Made by a program: the position numbers and the translations under genes
Source: Cyanophora paradoxa CCMP329
Lineage: Eukaryota > Plantae > Glaucophyta
DNA length: 64,000 bases
Direction of reading: 5' to 3'
Assembly: GCA_004431415.1 (NCBI GenBank)
Contig: QPMI01000627.1
Span: 124,001 to 188,000, forward strand
Notes under the pieces: generated by a model
What the model saw: only the letters and a program-made list of their open reading frames with translations
What the model was told of the DNA's origin: nothing
Databases searched by the model: none
Shown here: positions 1 through 17,072 of the stretch, piece after piece
Position numbering within the stretch: the first letter of the stretch is position 1
Layout: each line of letters starts with the position of its first letter

Positions 1-1515
1 TAGACGATGCCGAGCTTGTGGAGATGGCCCAGCGCGAGGCAGATCTCCGCCGCGTAGTACTGGGCGACGGGCTCCGGGAAGAATTTCTCCCGCTTGAGGT
101 GGAAGAAGAGCTCGCCGCCGACGAGAAAGTCGAGGATGAGGTACAGCTTCCCGTTCGTCTGGAAGGCGTAGTGCAGCTTCACGATGAACGGGTGCTGCAC
201 GTCGCTCAGGATCGCCCGCTCCGTCACCGTACCCCTGATCTGCCGCGACTTGACGACGGCGTCCTTGCGGATCACCCTGCGCGGGGCTCAGCCGAGGCTG
301 CGCGCGCGTGCGCGGGAGCGGAGCGCCGCACTTCATCGCGTAGAGCTCCTTCGTGTCCCGCTTGCGGACGAGGAGGACTTTGGCGAACGAGCCGCGGCCC
401 AGCACCTTCAGGATCTGCGGGGCGCGGGTCGGAGGCGCGCTTCGGCGCACCGTGGCGAAGCCGAGCCGCGACGAACGGCGTACCTCGAAGTCTTCCAGCA
501 TCGTTCTCTTCGGCGGCTGCACTGCAGCTGGGCTCGGCTCTGGCGCCCTGGACGACGGCTGCTCGTCCTCCTGGTCGTACGCGGCGAGGCAGAGCGTAGA
601 GACGGCGCGCTTCATGCGCGGGGCCTCCTCCACAGGCGCAATCTCCGGCGATTTCACGAAATCCGAACGACGCCGCAGACATTCCGCGGGCGTGAGCGAT
701 GCCGGCGGCGACGGAATGACCTTCTGCGCCTTCCCGTGGATTTCGCCCCTGCGCGCGCAACGGCCGGTTCGCATTCGACGGCGAGTTCCGACCACAGGGG
801 GCAACGCACAGTCCGATGGACATGTAGCGTTCGCGAACTACTGTCGTCGGAGCGATCTGCAGCGTCTTATCCAACTCCCGGTGGCCGTGGTGGCCCAAGT
901 GCCCGTTCGAGTGGATCACCGTGTGCTGCAAGTGGTGCACTGCGCCAAGGGCGCTCAGAGCGATAAACGAGATACTTGGAGCCGTGCCGAACCTGAGCTA
1001 TCGTACAGAGTCAAGCAATCCGCATCCTCCGCTGCATGCTCCATATCATGCTGGATCTCGTCCAGGCTGAACATGTTCTTGGCATTCGCTGGCTCTGCGC
1101 CGCGGTCGGAGAGCGTCGCCAAAGGCGTTGCGGAAGCGCGCACGCTCTTGCCGGGGCAGCCTGACGTGCGCCGGCGAATCTGGGACATCGTTGGTGTCGC
1201 CGCCATCAGAGCCCGGGCGAAGCGCTGGAAGGTCGTCACCACGCGAGGGCGGAAGCTCGATATCGATTAGCTTTACGCCTCCAACACCTGAATCGAAGGC
1301 GCCCGCATGAGCACCGGCGCGGAAACCGCGCTGCGGCAACGTGGCGACAGATGCTGTCCCAGAACTTGGCCGTTCGGGCTCGCGTGTGCGAACGCACCCT
1401 CAATAAGCTCCTTCAGCTCGTTCATGCTCTGCTTCCTGGACTTGACCGCGGCGGCCACGTCGGCCACGGAGGGACCAAGCCCATCCGCCTCGAAGAAGAG
1501 CTCATCGTCTCCCAT
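1..1515 (-). CDS. AGC-family Ser/Thr protein kinase (S6K/RSK/Akt-like), multi-exon; C-terminal part lies outside the window
   Basis: Spliced translation reads ...MLEDFE|[28 protein letters not shown]|[92 protein letters not shown], covering kinase subdomains I-VIa. Long N-terminal extension from ATG 1515 ([11 protein letters not shown]). Confidence 0.9.
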
Positions 1516-1698
1516 CGCTGCTGCTGATACGCGCCTCACTGGCGCCCGCTCTCTGGGTCCTCCCGGAGCACGAGGATGCGTAAGCGCGCTCACAAATGAT
1601 GGAGTAGGGTACTGGGTTGAGCAACGCAAGACAGGCGTATCCCCACCCGGAACTTCGTTACTTCGGAGCTCGCCGGCAGCAACCTCCAAGCAGCAACG

Positions 1699-2997
1699 AT
1701 GCCGTCCCCCGCCGCCAGCGATGCGCCGCCGCGCCTTCCGCCCACTGGTGCGTCGGAACCTTCGCCGAGCGCACCAGCGCCCGGCGTCACACGAACGACT
1801 GACCAACCGATCGCTTCGCCGCCGCCGCCTTGCAGACATGGTGCGAGTGGCGACCAGCCCTGCCGACGCCTGCGCCTCCCACTTCCTAGAGCGCACAACC
1901 TCCGGGGGCTAGAGCGCGCTCCGGCTCGAGCGCGGGCTTCTTCCTCGTCGGCGGCGAGCTCTTCTTCACTGAGCCTAGCGCAGTTCACTCCCAGCAATCT
2001 CCAGGAGTGGGAGGATCAGTTCGATCTGATGGACAAGGACCCGGGTGAGTAGATGGCATTTCGGCAGTGGCCGGCCAGCTAGAGCGCCCCGCCAACGGCC
2101 TGGCCGAGCGACAGTCCCCTGCTCCCTGCGTCAGAGGCTGCGAAGCCGCCCGGCCAGCTAACCGACTGTCGTTTGCGCCCTGCTTACGGCCTGGCCCGCA
2201 GCGGGCGGCCACAAGGGCTACATCACTCCGGAGGAGCTCGCCCAGTTCGCCAAGGAGGAGTTCGGCGAGGATTTGGATGCCGAGGACCTTCGCTTCGTCG
2301 ACAAGAACGACGACGGCAAGATTACCTTCGCCGAGGTCCGCGCCGCAGGCAGTGCGCTGGCCGCCGCGAGCGCTGAGGCTGGCCGGTCGGCTTCGTGCAG
2401 TTCGCCGCTGTCGCCATGGCCGAGCGCGCGGAGGACGAGGGCGAGAAGCCGCCGACGCCGGCGGAGATCCGCGACATCTTTGACTACATGGACAAGGCAA
2501 GCCGCCGGCACTTGCGCCCCACCGCCCGCCCCGCCGTTCTGACCGCGGAGCCCAGGACAAGGCGAGCGAGCGTGCCGCGCGGGCCCAGGCCCTCCCTCCT
2601 CCCCCAGCCGCCCCTGACTCAGAGCCGTAGAATGGGAGCCTGTCCGAGGAGGAGCTGTCCAAGGCGCGCCCGCCGCCCTCGGCCTGCGGCCCGCGGACGC
2701 ATGCAGCAGCTGACCCTCCCGGCGCAGATGATCAACGGCCAGGGTGACTACCTGACCCCCGCCGAGCTGGCGGAGCTGGTCGCGCTCAACATCTCCGCGT
2801 GGGACGACGACGGCAACCACGAGGTCGCTTCCGCCCCCCTCCGCGCACCCCCCCTTACCTGGCCGCCGCCGCTGAGGCACCCGCGCAGATCTCGTTCGGT
2901 GCGCGCAGCGCCAGCCTCGGCCCATCTTTTCCCCGCCCGCGCTTTCCGCGAGCCTCCCCTGCGCGCAGACGAGTTCATCGACCAGTTCGAGATGTAA
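1699..2997 (+). CDS. Divergent calmodulin/centrin-like EF-hand protein, about 9 exons including micro-exons
   Basis: Spliced loops DKDPAGGHKGYITPEEL, DKNDDGKITFAE, DK|DK|NGSLSEEE and DDDGNHE|ISFD|E. Stop TAA at 2995-2997. Start is 1699 or alternatively 1838. Confidence 0.85.
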
Positions 2998-3310
2998 AGT
3001 TCGGCCCGCCCCTGCAAGTTCCGGCCGGGCCGGCCCGCAGCAAGCCACGCCGCGACGGTGTAGCGTTAGCTCGCGCAAGGCACTTGTGCAAGCGCTCTTA
3101 AGTTTCATATGTACAGCTTGATTCAATGGAATTATGATTCGATCTCAAGCCCCAAAGAGTGACGCACTCCCGAGTGACCGCAGCAGGTCGAGGGAGCATC
3201 GGGGGCTGCAAGCTTTTTGAAACTGGTTTGATTCCTGTGCAAGCGGACTACCTATCTGAGTCTACCCACGCGTCTAGAATAAGGCGGGATCTCGAATACA
3301 CTACGACGCC

Positions 3311-7455
<4,145 letters not shown>

Positions 7456-8000
7456 TTGAGTCGATAAGAACACCGCGTGCGAGCAAGCCACGCGTGCCGG
7501 GCACAGCCTAGCCTCAACTCTGCCGCCACACCCAAGCACCGTAGGTTTTTCCGAGCCCCGAGGATTCGGGGGACGTCTGCGGGTCGCCCGGCCCCCGCCT
7601 CCCTCCCCCGGCCCCCGCCTCCCCTCCCCGCCGTCGACTTTCCAGTCGAAGGCGTGTCAAGTCCGCTTCCATTTATATTTGGGTACCAGTATATGTCTGC
7701 AGCTGTAGCTAATGATCATTAAAGAAAAGGATCAATTCCGCTGAAGTCAACCATGCTGCATCGCGGCATATGCATGCGCACTGCAGCCGCAGTGCCCAGC
7801 TTTCCGTTCCGCAGTGCTTTGCGGCACTGCGGGGCGCATATATATACTTCAAATCATGAGTCCTAGAACGCCTGGCCGAACCCGGTGACCAACCGAGCAA
7901 CTTGGCACTGCGGCAATTAGATGTTTTTTCATGGGTCCTCGTACTACACCGGGGCCCGGGGCACTTCAGCTTCACTAGCTGCTTCTAGATCTCCCGCATA

Positions 8001-11000
8001 CTAAAACTCGGATCTCGTCGATCTGACGAGATTGTCGATAACGTCGCCTGCGGCTCTGGGCCGGACGGCAGGAGCCCTGGGCCGGCGCTGCTCCGGATCC
8101 CTCACACGGTGACGCTCGAGCCGCGCCCGCCGCCGCGCCCGCCGCGCTCGTCCCCGTACAGCAGCGCCGCGTTGGCCCGGATCTGCGAATGAAGGGGGGT
8201 ACGCGTCAGCCAGGGGGGGAAGGGGGGGGGGGAGCGGCACCAAGCGGCCCTCGGCGCGGCGGCGGCAACAGAAGGCCGCGCCCACGGCTGCGGGCGCGGG
8301 GCTAAGCTAAGCGGCGGGGCGAGGCGGGCGGGCGGGGCGGGACGGACCGGCGGCGACGACGACGACGCCGGCGCAGAGAATGACGGCAAAGACCTCACCG
8401 CCCGAGAGGCCCCCGCCCCCGCCCCCGCCCGAGGGCGGCGGCGGCGAGGGGGCCCCGCCCCCGCCTCCGCCGCCCCCGCCGCCTCCTCCGCCACCGCCTC
8501 CGCCTCCGGCGGATTGGGACGGGGACGGGGAAGAGGAAGGGGACGGGGTCGGGGACGGGGAGGGGGAGGGGGAGGGGGAGGGCGTGGGGGAAGGGCCGGC
8601 GGCGGGGGCGCAGGAGGGGCAGACGGCCGCGTACCTAATTATAAGAAGAGGTCGGTATCAGAAAGCGGCTTTCTAGTTATAAACATAATCAAGCATCAAA
8701 GAGCGCACGAGTAGACGGCGTCGGACTGGGAAGCGCAGGCGGGGGCGCCGGGAGCCGGCGGGGCGGAGGCGTTCACGGGGCAGGCGACCAGCAGCGCCCC
8801 GCAGCCGCGCGGGATCGAGACCGACGCCGTCCCGTTTCCTGCCGCGGGGGGATTAGGGGGGACTGGGGGTGAGAAAGGGGGGTAAATCTAGCACCGTCGT
8901 AGGCGAGGGGCACGACGGGGAGGAGGACCGTCGCCGACGCCGCGGCGGCGACCGCCGCCGCTTCCGGGTCCTGCGGGGTACGTCGATCTCCGGGAAAGAG
9001 GGAGCGGGGGGTACGCGCCCTCTCGAAGGACGCGTCCATGCACACGAACTCCACGCTGGGGTACACGGGTTGAGGGAGGGAGGGGAAGGAACGACGGGGG
9101 GTACAGGGCCGGGCACCGGAGGGCGGACTGGCCGCCGAGGGCGGAGAAGGCGAGGGTGAAGTTGGCCCCGGGTACAGCGAACGCGACCCCGGGGGGGCGA
9201 GGCGAGGAGGCCGCCACGAGCGCTGCGGGCGGGGAGCGTCAGGAAGGATGGGGGGGTACGGGCGTCAAGCCCCGCCCGGGCGCACCGGGGTCGACGCCCG
9301 AGCGGGGTAGGGTCGCGAGGCCGGGGAGAGACGGGAGCGCGCCCGCCGTCGTACCCACCTGCCGCGGCGATCGAATTGTTCAGCCCCTGCGGGGCAGGGC
9401 GGGCGGGCGGAACGGGCGGGCGGGCGATGGCGCGCCTGGGCAGGGGCGGTCCAGAGGAGGCCGGGCGCGCCCGTGTCGAGGCTGACGCCGGGGTACCGCG
9501 TTCCGAGGGCGAGGGCCCGCGCCGCAGATTCGAGGGCGGCCTGCGCGGCGGGGGTACCGGAGACGCCGCAGGCGCCGTGGCAGGGCGCCGTGGAGACGGC
9601 TCCTGCGCCTACGCCCATCCTGCAAAGCAATGAAAACGGAACGAAACGAAACGAAACGAAACGAAACGCGGCACCGCTTCGTGCCGGAACGGAAGGCGCC
9701 GATCGAAGCCCACGCGATGGACCGCCGGACCTGCCCCAAGTCAGCGGACGGGGGAGGAAACGGGAGGGGGGTACAGGGATCGCACGGCGGCCTCGGGGCG
9801 GCGCATCGCTGAGGAGAGGAGGCGATCGGAGCCGGGGGCGGTACCCCCCGCGAAGGTGCCCTCGTACTCGTCCTGAAGGAAAGCTCAGCAAAGTTGGGGG
9901 GTACTGGAGCGGCCGGCCCGAAAAGAATAAAAAAAGAGCCGCGCACGGCGCCGAATCCGATGACGTACGCAGTTGTGTTCGCAGCCGCTGAGCTGCGGAG
10001 CGCCTCAGAAATTAAAAAAATTGAATGGAAGGGCGCCGTAGAGGGGGGTACCGGATCGCCGAGGAGCCTGCCTCGCCCCCCGCCCCGAAAACGACGTCGG
10101 CCCCCGCAGCGACGGCCTCCGCCGCGGCCGCCGCGCCGGCCGCCTGCGAGAACGGGGGTAAACGGAAGGAGCGGTGGGGCAGGGGGGGTAGACTGGGGTA
10201 CAGGGGACGCACGGCGTCGGAGGGGGAGGGTACGGTGCGGACGACGAGGCGGCAGTCGGGGCAGGCGAGGGCCGCCCCCCGCCGGAAGCCGGCGACCGCC
10301 CGCGCCGCGGGCAGCGACGCCTCTGCCCGCCGCGCCGGTGAGACGAAAAGCGGAGGGGAGAAGGCGGCGGGGGCTACCGGTCGCCCCGACTGCTGCGACG
10401 GCGCGGGAGCGCGTCACGGAGCCGGCGAGTACCCCCGCAAGGAACCCGGCCTGCGGAAGTCCCGGGTACACGTACGTTCCGGATTAAACGCTTGGAAGAA
10501 AAGGGGAAGGACAGGGGGTACCTCAGCGTCGTCGATTAGCAGGCCCTCGACGGCCTGGCCGGGGCCCGGTGCCGGCCCCTCCGGGAACGTCACGGGGGTC
10601 CCGGGGGCCCTGAAGGGGTGGGGGAAGATATCAAATCAGATCAGATCGGATCGGATCATATCGGATCGGGTGGGTGGGCCACGCACTTGACGAGGACTGC
10701 CTGGTAGGCCATCGAGAGCTGGGAGAGGGGTATCAGCGGCCGGGCAGGGGGATAGGGGAGGGAGGGGGATGGGGAGGGGAGGGGAGGGGTGCGGGTACCT
10801 GCGCTGGGTCGGAGAGCAGGGGAACGATCTACGGGATGCGGGATCAGAGGACTGGGTGTGGAAGAAATGGGGGTACTGGGCATGCCTGGTTGCACTTCAG
10901 ATTCGCTAGAACCGAAACGGCTTCGTCGTAAGCCGCCTACGAGAGTACAGGGTAAGAAACAGGAAGGGGGGGGAGGAAGGACGTGGAAGGGGGTACCTGG

Positions 11001-12967
11001 TCGGCGGAAACGGCCCCCGTCCAACGCTTCGTCACGCCTGGGGTGCGCAGGAGTCAGAGGTGAAAGGGGGGGTACAGTCACGAGACGGGGGTACCGGGAC
11101 CCGTGAATCCATTCTCCCACACGTTCCTCGTGGCGGGTGACGCTGTGAGAGGGATAAGGCTCGAGGAAGGAGCGGGGCGCGCGGCGAAGGGGTCCGGCGC
11201 ACAGTCGAAGGTGATGTTGGGGGGTAGGAGCGCGCAGACGAGCCTGCCCCGGCAGCCGTCGACCGGGCGCCAGGAAAGCAGGGGCTGGGGCAGGGGTAGC
11301 TAGGCAGCGACGGACCAGGGCAGGGGTTGGCCAGTGGCGGCGTCTACCCCCGTGGAAGAGGTGCCGTTTGCCAGAGCCGCGAGGAACCTGTGCGCCGCCT
11401 CGGCGAACGCTCGTCCGATCGAGGGGGGGTACGGACCGCAAGGCGGCGGGGCGGGCGCGGGGCCCTTCCAGAGGGCACGCCTGCGTAGGAGGCGGGAGGG
11501 GGGTTAAGAAGAGGGGAGACGAGACCGGACGGGGATACAAGCCTTGCGACAGGGGGCGAGTGCGACGCCGGGGTCGGAGGGGGGTAGCCGGATTGCGCCC
11601 CCGGCGAACGGGCGCCCCGCCAGCGCCCGCACTGCGCGGAGGGGTACGATTGGAATCCAAAGGGATGGCAGTGGGGTAGAGGAGCGGGCACCCGCCGCAG
11701 CGGGGACGGGGTACACGCTCGTGAGGAGGCGCTCCGAGCCGGCGCGGGCGCCGGACTGCGGGGGGGTACAGGTTGGGAAGGGACCGACGCGGGCGGGGGC
11801 GGGGGTACCTGAAAGGTCGTGACGTAGCGGTCGGCGCCGCTCTCGACGACCGAAAAGTTCTTTGCGGCCGCGTAGCTGCGGGGGTACGCGGTAAACGATT
11901 CGGGGATACGTGTTTTTAGACGGGGGGTACGCACGCGGAGCCGGCGGGGCCGGCGGCGCCGAAGGCGTCGGCGTTGAAGAGGATTTCGACCCCCTGGGGA
12001 TCCACCGCTCGGGGGGTACGTCGAATTCGGGGCCGGGAAGGGGGGTACGCGCACCGCGTCGATGGCGGCCTGAGCGGCGGCGGCCCCGGCGGCGTCCGAC
12101 GCGTTGTCGCGCGGCGCGGCGATCGCGAAGAGAGTCACGTTGCAGAGGGGCGCCGCGCACGCGACCTGAAGGGGAGAGGAATCTTTAGGGGGTTACGGGC
12201 GCGTGCGTGTGGGGGGTACGGGACGGACCCGGACGCCCTTCTGGAAGCCGGAGAGGACGGCGAGGCCGGCCGCGTCGGGCGGGGTGTACCCCAGCACGCC
12301 GAGTCGGGAGGCCCCGAGGCTGGCCGCGTAGACGCCGGCGAGAAACCCGACTTGGTCGGCGCCGGCCGCCGCGCACTCGACGTTCGGCGAGAGCGCCTTT
12401 GGGCACTGCGCGGGGCGTCAACTCGCTCACGTGTTGGGAGGGCGGGAGGGCGGGCGGGCGGGCGGGCGGGCGGGCGGGCGGGCGGCGGGTCGGACCCCGG
12501 AAAGGATGCTGAAGCGAGCGTCTGCGGAGAGAGCGGCGGCGCCGTTCGCGGTCGCGACGAGGTCGGGCCCCAGCACGAACACGCGCTGCGCGCCGGCAGA
12601 GAGCAGGCGCCCAACGGCCGCTGCGGGCGACCGGTTTGGCCGGCGGCGCTGCGCGAAGCGTCGACGACGGGGCGGGGGCGGACCGGCGACGGAGTCGAGG
12701 GAGGACGAGCTTTCGGGCCGCTCCAGCAGCACTTCGGCGCCCGTCGCGTTCACGAGCGCCGCCCGCACGTCAGACTGCGGGACGCGTCAGAGATCTAGAG
12801 CCGCCGTACGCGTGCCGCGGGCACTGGAGCACCAGGTCGCCCTCAGAGACTGCGTAGCCGCGCAGGAGGCCGACGGGCGGCACGGACGGCGCCGCGGATG
12901 CTGCCCAGGCCAGAGAGACAAAGATGACGGCGGCCCAAGCGGCGCGCGACGCCTGCGCTATAGACAT
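8001..12967 (-). CDS. Uncharacterised secreted or single-pass membrane protein, multi-exon
   Basis: Signal-peptide-like N-terminus MSIAQASRAAWAAVIFVSLAWAASA. Many coding-like exons carry N-glycosylation sequons (NAT, NAS, NST, NFS, NIT, NTT, NFT). A (SP)n/poly-Gly linker at ~8400-8620 precedes a hydrophobic segment ending AFCCRRR. No family recognised. Confidence 0.6.
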
Positions 12968-14027
12968 CGCTCGTAGCTAACTATTCTTCGTAGTCGACGG
13001 CCGTTTAGCTCAAGCGCATCGCTCTCCAGCTGACCTTGGCCGACCGGTACCGTCGCAGCAAAGAGCCTGAAAGGGGGGGGGGGGGGGGGGGGGCGTACCG
13101 GTGCAATCCGGACCTGGGCGGATCAAATTCTGGATCCTGCAGCTGCCATATGCGCATGCATGATTTGATTTCGCGAATTCGAAGAAGCTAGCGCTCGCTC
13201 GCGTCCGGCCGGCGGCCGATCGCGAGCTCGGCGCGGTAGGAAGGCCGCAGCTGCGCATGCGCATGCCCGCGGCCGCTAATTAATATTCGAAGGCACTGCG
13301 GCACTAATATCATACTATACTGATCATCGGATCATGAGTACGCGATACGCGCGGTACGCGCGGCACGCGTATACGTACGCCGTGACGTATACCTTTAGTA
13401 CGGCGCCCCACGTCATGCATATGACTCAGTGAGCCAGCGCCAGCACGCCGCGGCGCGTACGGCGCCAGCCTGGTCGGGCACTGCGGCAGCGCTAGCACCC
13501 GCGGGCGCGTACGTCGACGTCATGAGCCCGCGGCCGGCCGCGGCCCCCGCTCGGTGTCCTGCAGATGCAGCTGCAGCTGGCCTTCACCGAGTCACGACCT
13601 AGGCTTGGGCCTGTCCTCATTTTCGCCCTCGCGCGCTGCTTCTAGATCTCTCGATGCTAGCGCTTTCAATTTCTTCCCTCCTTCCCCGATCACGAGGTCC
13701 ATCTTAAAAGCTTTCAATTCCTGTACGCGTACGCGTATATATACGCGTACGTAGGCGTTATAGGCCTCGGCCGCGCCGCGGCCCAGCCCGAAATTGACCG
13801 CCTAAGTGCTTAGCATTAATAAACCTACCCTACATTCATTCGAGAAGGAACCCTCCTAGGCGCGGCCTCTCCAACCGCTTTGAGCCTTTTCGTTTGCAAG
13901 CTCAACTATATATATAATATAATTTAAGGCTCGAGCTAGAGCTCCTTCGAATTCCGTGCCGCCTGCGCGCGGATCCAATCCTGGCCCGCGGCCGGCCCGT
14001 CGGCCGCAGCAGCAGCAGCAGCAGCGG

Positions 14028-17000
14028 CTAAGAATCCCCCCCCCCCCTCCCCCCCCACCCCCGGCCCCTCCCCTCACCACGTCCCCCCCTCAGGGCCTCA
14101 TGATCATCCCCTCTCGGCAGGAAATTTAACGAGACGGCGTTAAATCTCGAGCTCAATGTGCACGTGCCGTGCACGTAGGTCACCAGGTGTACCGTACGCG
14201 TGCACGAGACGTCGACGGCGTTAAATCTCAATGTTTTAATTTGTTTTTTGCAAAATCAAAACTATAACTTGTAAAAGCTAATTCAATCGCCTCAATCTCT
14301 TCGAGTCTTCAAAATATTCAATGACACGATGTTCAATTTCGAGATCTACACGAGGAGGATCATGATCTGGACTCAGGAGCAGCCGCCCTGCAGCTGGCTG
14401 CCCGTGGCCACCGCGAGCTCCCCCCCCAGGCTTAAGCTTACCCCCCCCCCCCCCCCCCCCCTTAGCGCGGCAAGCAAGCCCGCGCGCGCCTCGGCGGAGC
14501 AGGGCGAGACGCACGCGCCCTCGAGGGCGCCCGGCCGCGGGGAGGAGGAGGAGGAGGCGAGGGCGCGGGTGAGGTCCGCCAGTCCCTCGGCCTCTTCCAC
14601 GCTGGGCGGCTTGTGGACGTCTGCGACCGACAATCCAGGCTCGATCATGATCAGCTCGCGCGCCCGCGAGAAAGAGAGAGAGAGAGAGAGATAGATCTAG
14701 AGAATTGGCACACGCGCTTCAAAAGTTAAGATTCTGGATCTTGAGCGCGCTAACCAAATTGAAGAGGTTAATCAAAGAGGGGCGCCCCATGGCCACGAGC
14801 TTAGTAGGAGGCGTCCCATATGGGGCGTGAATGAAATGACGGGATAGCTAATCTCGGGTCGTACTACGGTAAAGCCTCCATGACGTTGGGCAAGCTAGAC
14901 TCGAGCGGCTTGCCGGTTAAATACAAGAAATTAAGCTAAGTGCGATCATAAGGGTGCACGCACATGCACAGAAGGTGAGGTGGAGGTCGCGGAGCGAAGG
15001 GGAGCGGCGGAGGGCGGCGGCGAGGGCGCGGAGGAGGGACGCCCCCGCGATGTGCGGGCCGAGCTCGAGGAAGACCCGCAGCCGCCGGACCTAGCCCGGC
15101 CCCAGCTCGCGAGGTGAGAAAGAAATTGTCTGAAGCGACGATATCGATGCGGCACGATCGCGGTCGAGAGCGGCGGCGGTGAAGGTACTCGCGATCGGCG
15201 GAGGGTGGATATCGATGGCGGCGAGCGATGGAGATCTAGAACATCGGATCTAGATAGATCCGGATCCGGCAGGCAGCGGATCCGGACATCGACCTTCGGT
15301 CTCATTAAAATCTAGAGTTAGACTCCGGGGGAGGGCGGCGGGAAGGGCGGGGGGGGGAGGGGAAGGGGGGAAGGGGGGGAGAGGCAAGGGGGGGGGGGTG
15401 AAGGGTGAGGGGGGGGTGAGGGGGTGAGGGGGGTACCGCACCTGCGGCGTGTCGCCGAAGAGGGCCATGTGCTCTTCGCCCTCCGCCTGCGAACGAAGCT
15501 CAGGTGATCAGGGCGGTTCTGGATCCGGAGTCTAGGCTGTATCTAGATCCGTCTAAAAATAGGAGCTCGAGCTGTTTAGATTCAGCGACTAGCTGTAGAC
15601 GAATTACTCGTAATTGAGCTCAAAGCCTACATATATATAGCGCTAAGCTCAGGCCTCGAAGCCTGATTTATATGCATGCGCACGCGTACGCATGCGCATC
15701 AAATTTTAAACTGGAATGCCCGCGCACGGTTTCGAAGTCGACGCCGGCGTCGAACTCGTGGAGGCTGGGGAAGAGGGCGAGGGCGCGCAGCGCGTCCCCC
15801 GTGCAGTGCGCCGCATCGCGGAGGTGCCTGCGGCCGCGATCAAATTCCGAAAAGCTCGAAATTCGGAATTTCGAAAGATCAAATTCAAATTTCAAATGCG
15901 CCGCACTGGAAGGTGATAGAGCGGAGGGTTCTCCCCGCGGGGCTCGCGGCGAGATCCGCGAGGACCTCGCCCGAGAAGCAGCCGCTCACACCTAAAAAAA
16001 CTATAAGAACCATAATAGAACTATAAGAGAAGCAGCCGCTCGCGCTATAAGAACTATAAGAGCTATAATAGAACTATGTTCAAGAGAAGCAGCCGCTCGC
16101 GCCGACGAGGAAGCGGCGGCACAGGACGAGCTCCTCGAGGCTGGCGAGCGAGCCCAGGGCGCGCAGGTCAGACTGGTCTGCGAAGGCGAAGGCGGAGGCG
16201 GAGGCGGAGGCGGAGCTCAGGCGGAGAGAGAGAAAGGTGCGCGCGTGCACACACACACACGCACGCACGCACCGAAGGCTTTGACGGCGACGCGGCGGAT
16301 GCCCGGGATCGCGGCGGCGAGGCGCAGCGCGTGCTTCCTCTGCAGCAGGCCGAGGGGCGCCAGCGAGAGGTGCTCTAGCTGCTCGCCGCCCGCGAGCGCC
16401 GAGGCGAGCGCGTCGCCCTCGGGCATCCAGCCGCACTCCTGCCGCGCCGCGCTGCAGGTGATCCAGAGGCGCGTGAGGGCGCGGCCTCCGCCTCCGCCGC
16501 CGCCGCCGCCGCTGCTGCTGCGCCGACGAAGGGCCGACAGGGCGTCGAGCAGGACGGCCTTCATGAGGCCGGACAGGCTGCAGGCGGCGCGGCCATCCAC
16601 GGATTCGATCGCGTCACAAGGCAAGTCTGCCGTGAAGGAGCGGACGCGGCCGCGCGCGAGGCAGGCCTCGACGAGCTGCTTCATCGCCCGCCGGAGCGGC
16701 TTCCCGTCGAACGCGTCGGGCGTGCTGTGGATGCCGCGGAACGGGAAGAGCGCGGCCAGCTCCAGCTGCACGTCAAGGGCCGCCCCGTCCGCGAGCCGCA
16801 CGCCGCCGCGCTCCACGGCCAGCGCGAGCGACTCCACGTGATCCGCTTTGACCGTGCGCAGCTGCAGCGCATCCCACTCGAAGTCCTCGGCCAGAGCGCG
16901 CGCGGAACCGCCTGCAGACTCGCGATCGGCGAGCGCTGCACGCGCCCGCCGGGCCGAGCTGCGAGAGGATGATCCCGAGCACCGCGTCTTCTAGCGCGTT

Positions 17001-17072
17001 GAACGCGCCACTCTCCGTGGCAGCGCTGGCGCTAGCCGCGGCTGCGGCTGGTGCACTGATGCGGACGCCCAT
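14028..17072 (-). CDS. F-box / leucine-rich-repeat-like protein; 3' end uncertain
   Basis: N-terminal FNALEDAVLGIILSQL...SRVCRRFRA F-box-like motif. LRR-like segments LEHLSL, LRALGSLASLEELVL, LRSITF and LRALALFPSLHEF. Confidence 0.65.

Noticed and set aside
12765-12835. In-frame TGA after the signal peptide (selenocysteine or readthrough)
   Set aside because: It is resolved by an ordinary GT-AG intron (GDL|SDVRAAL).
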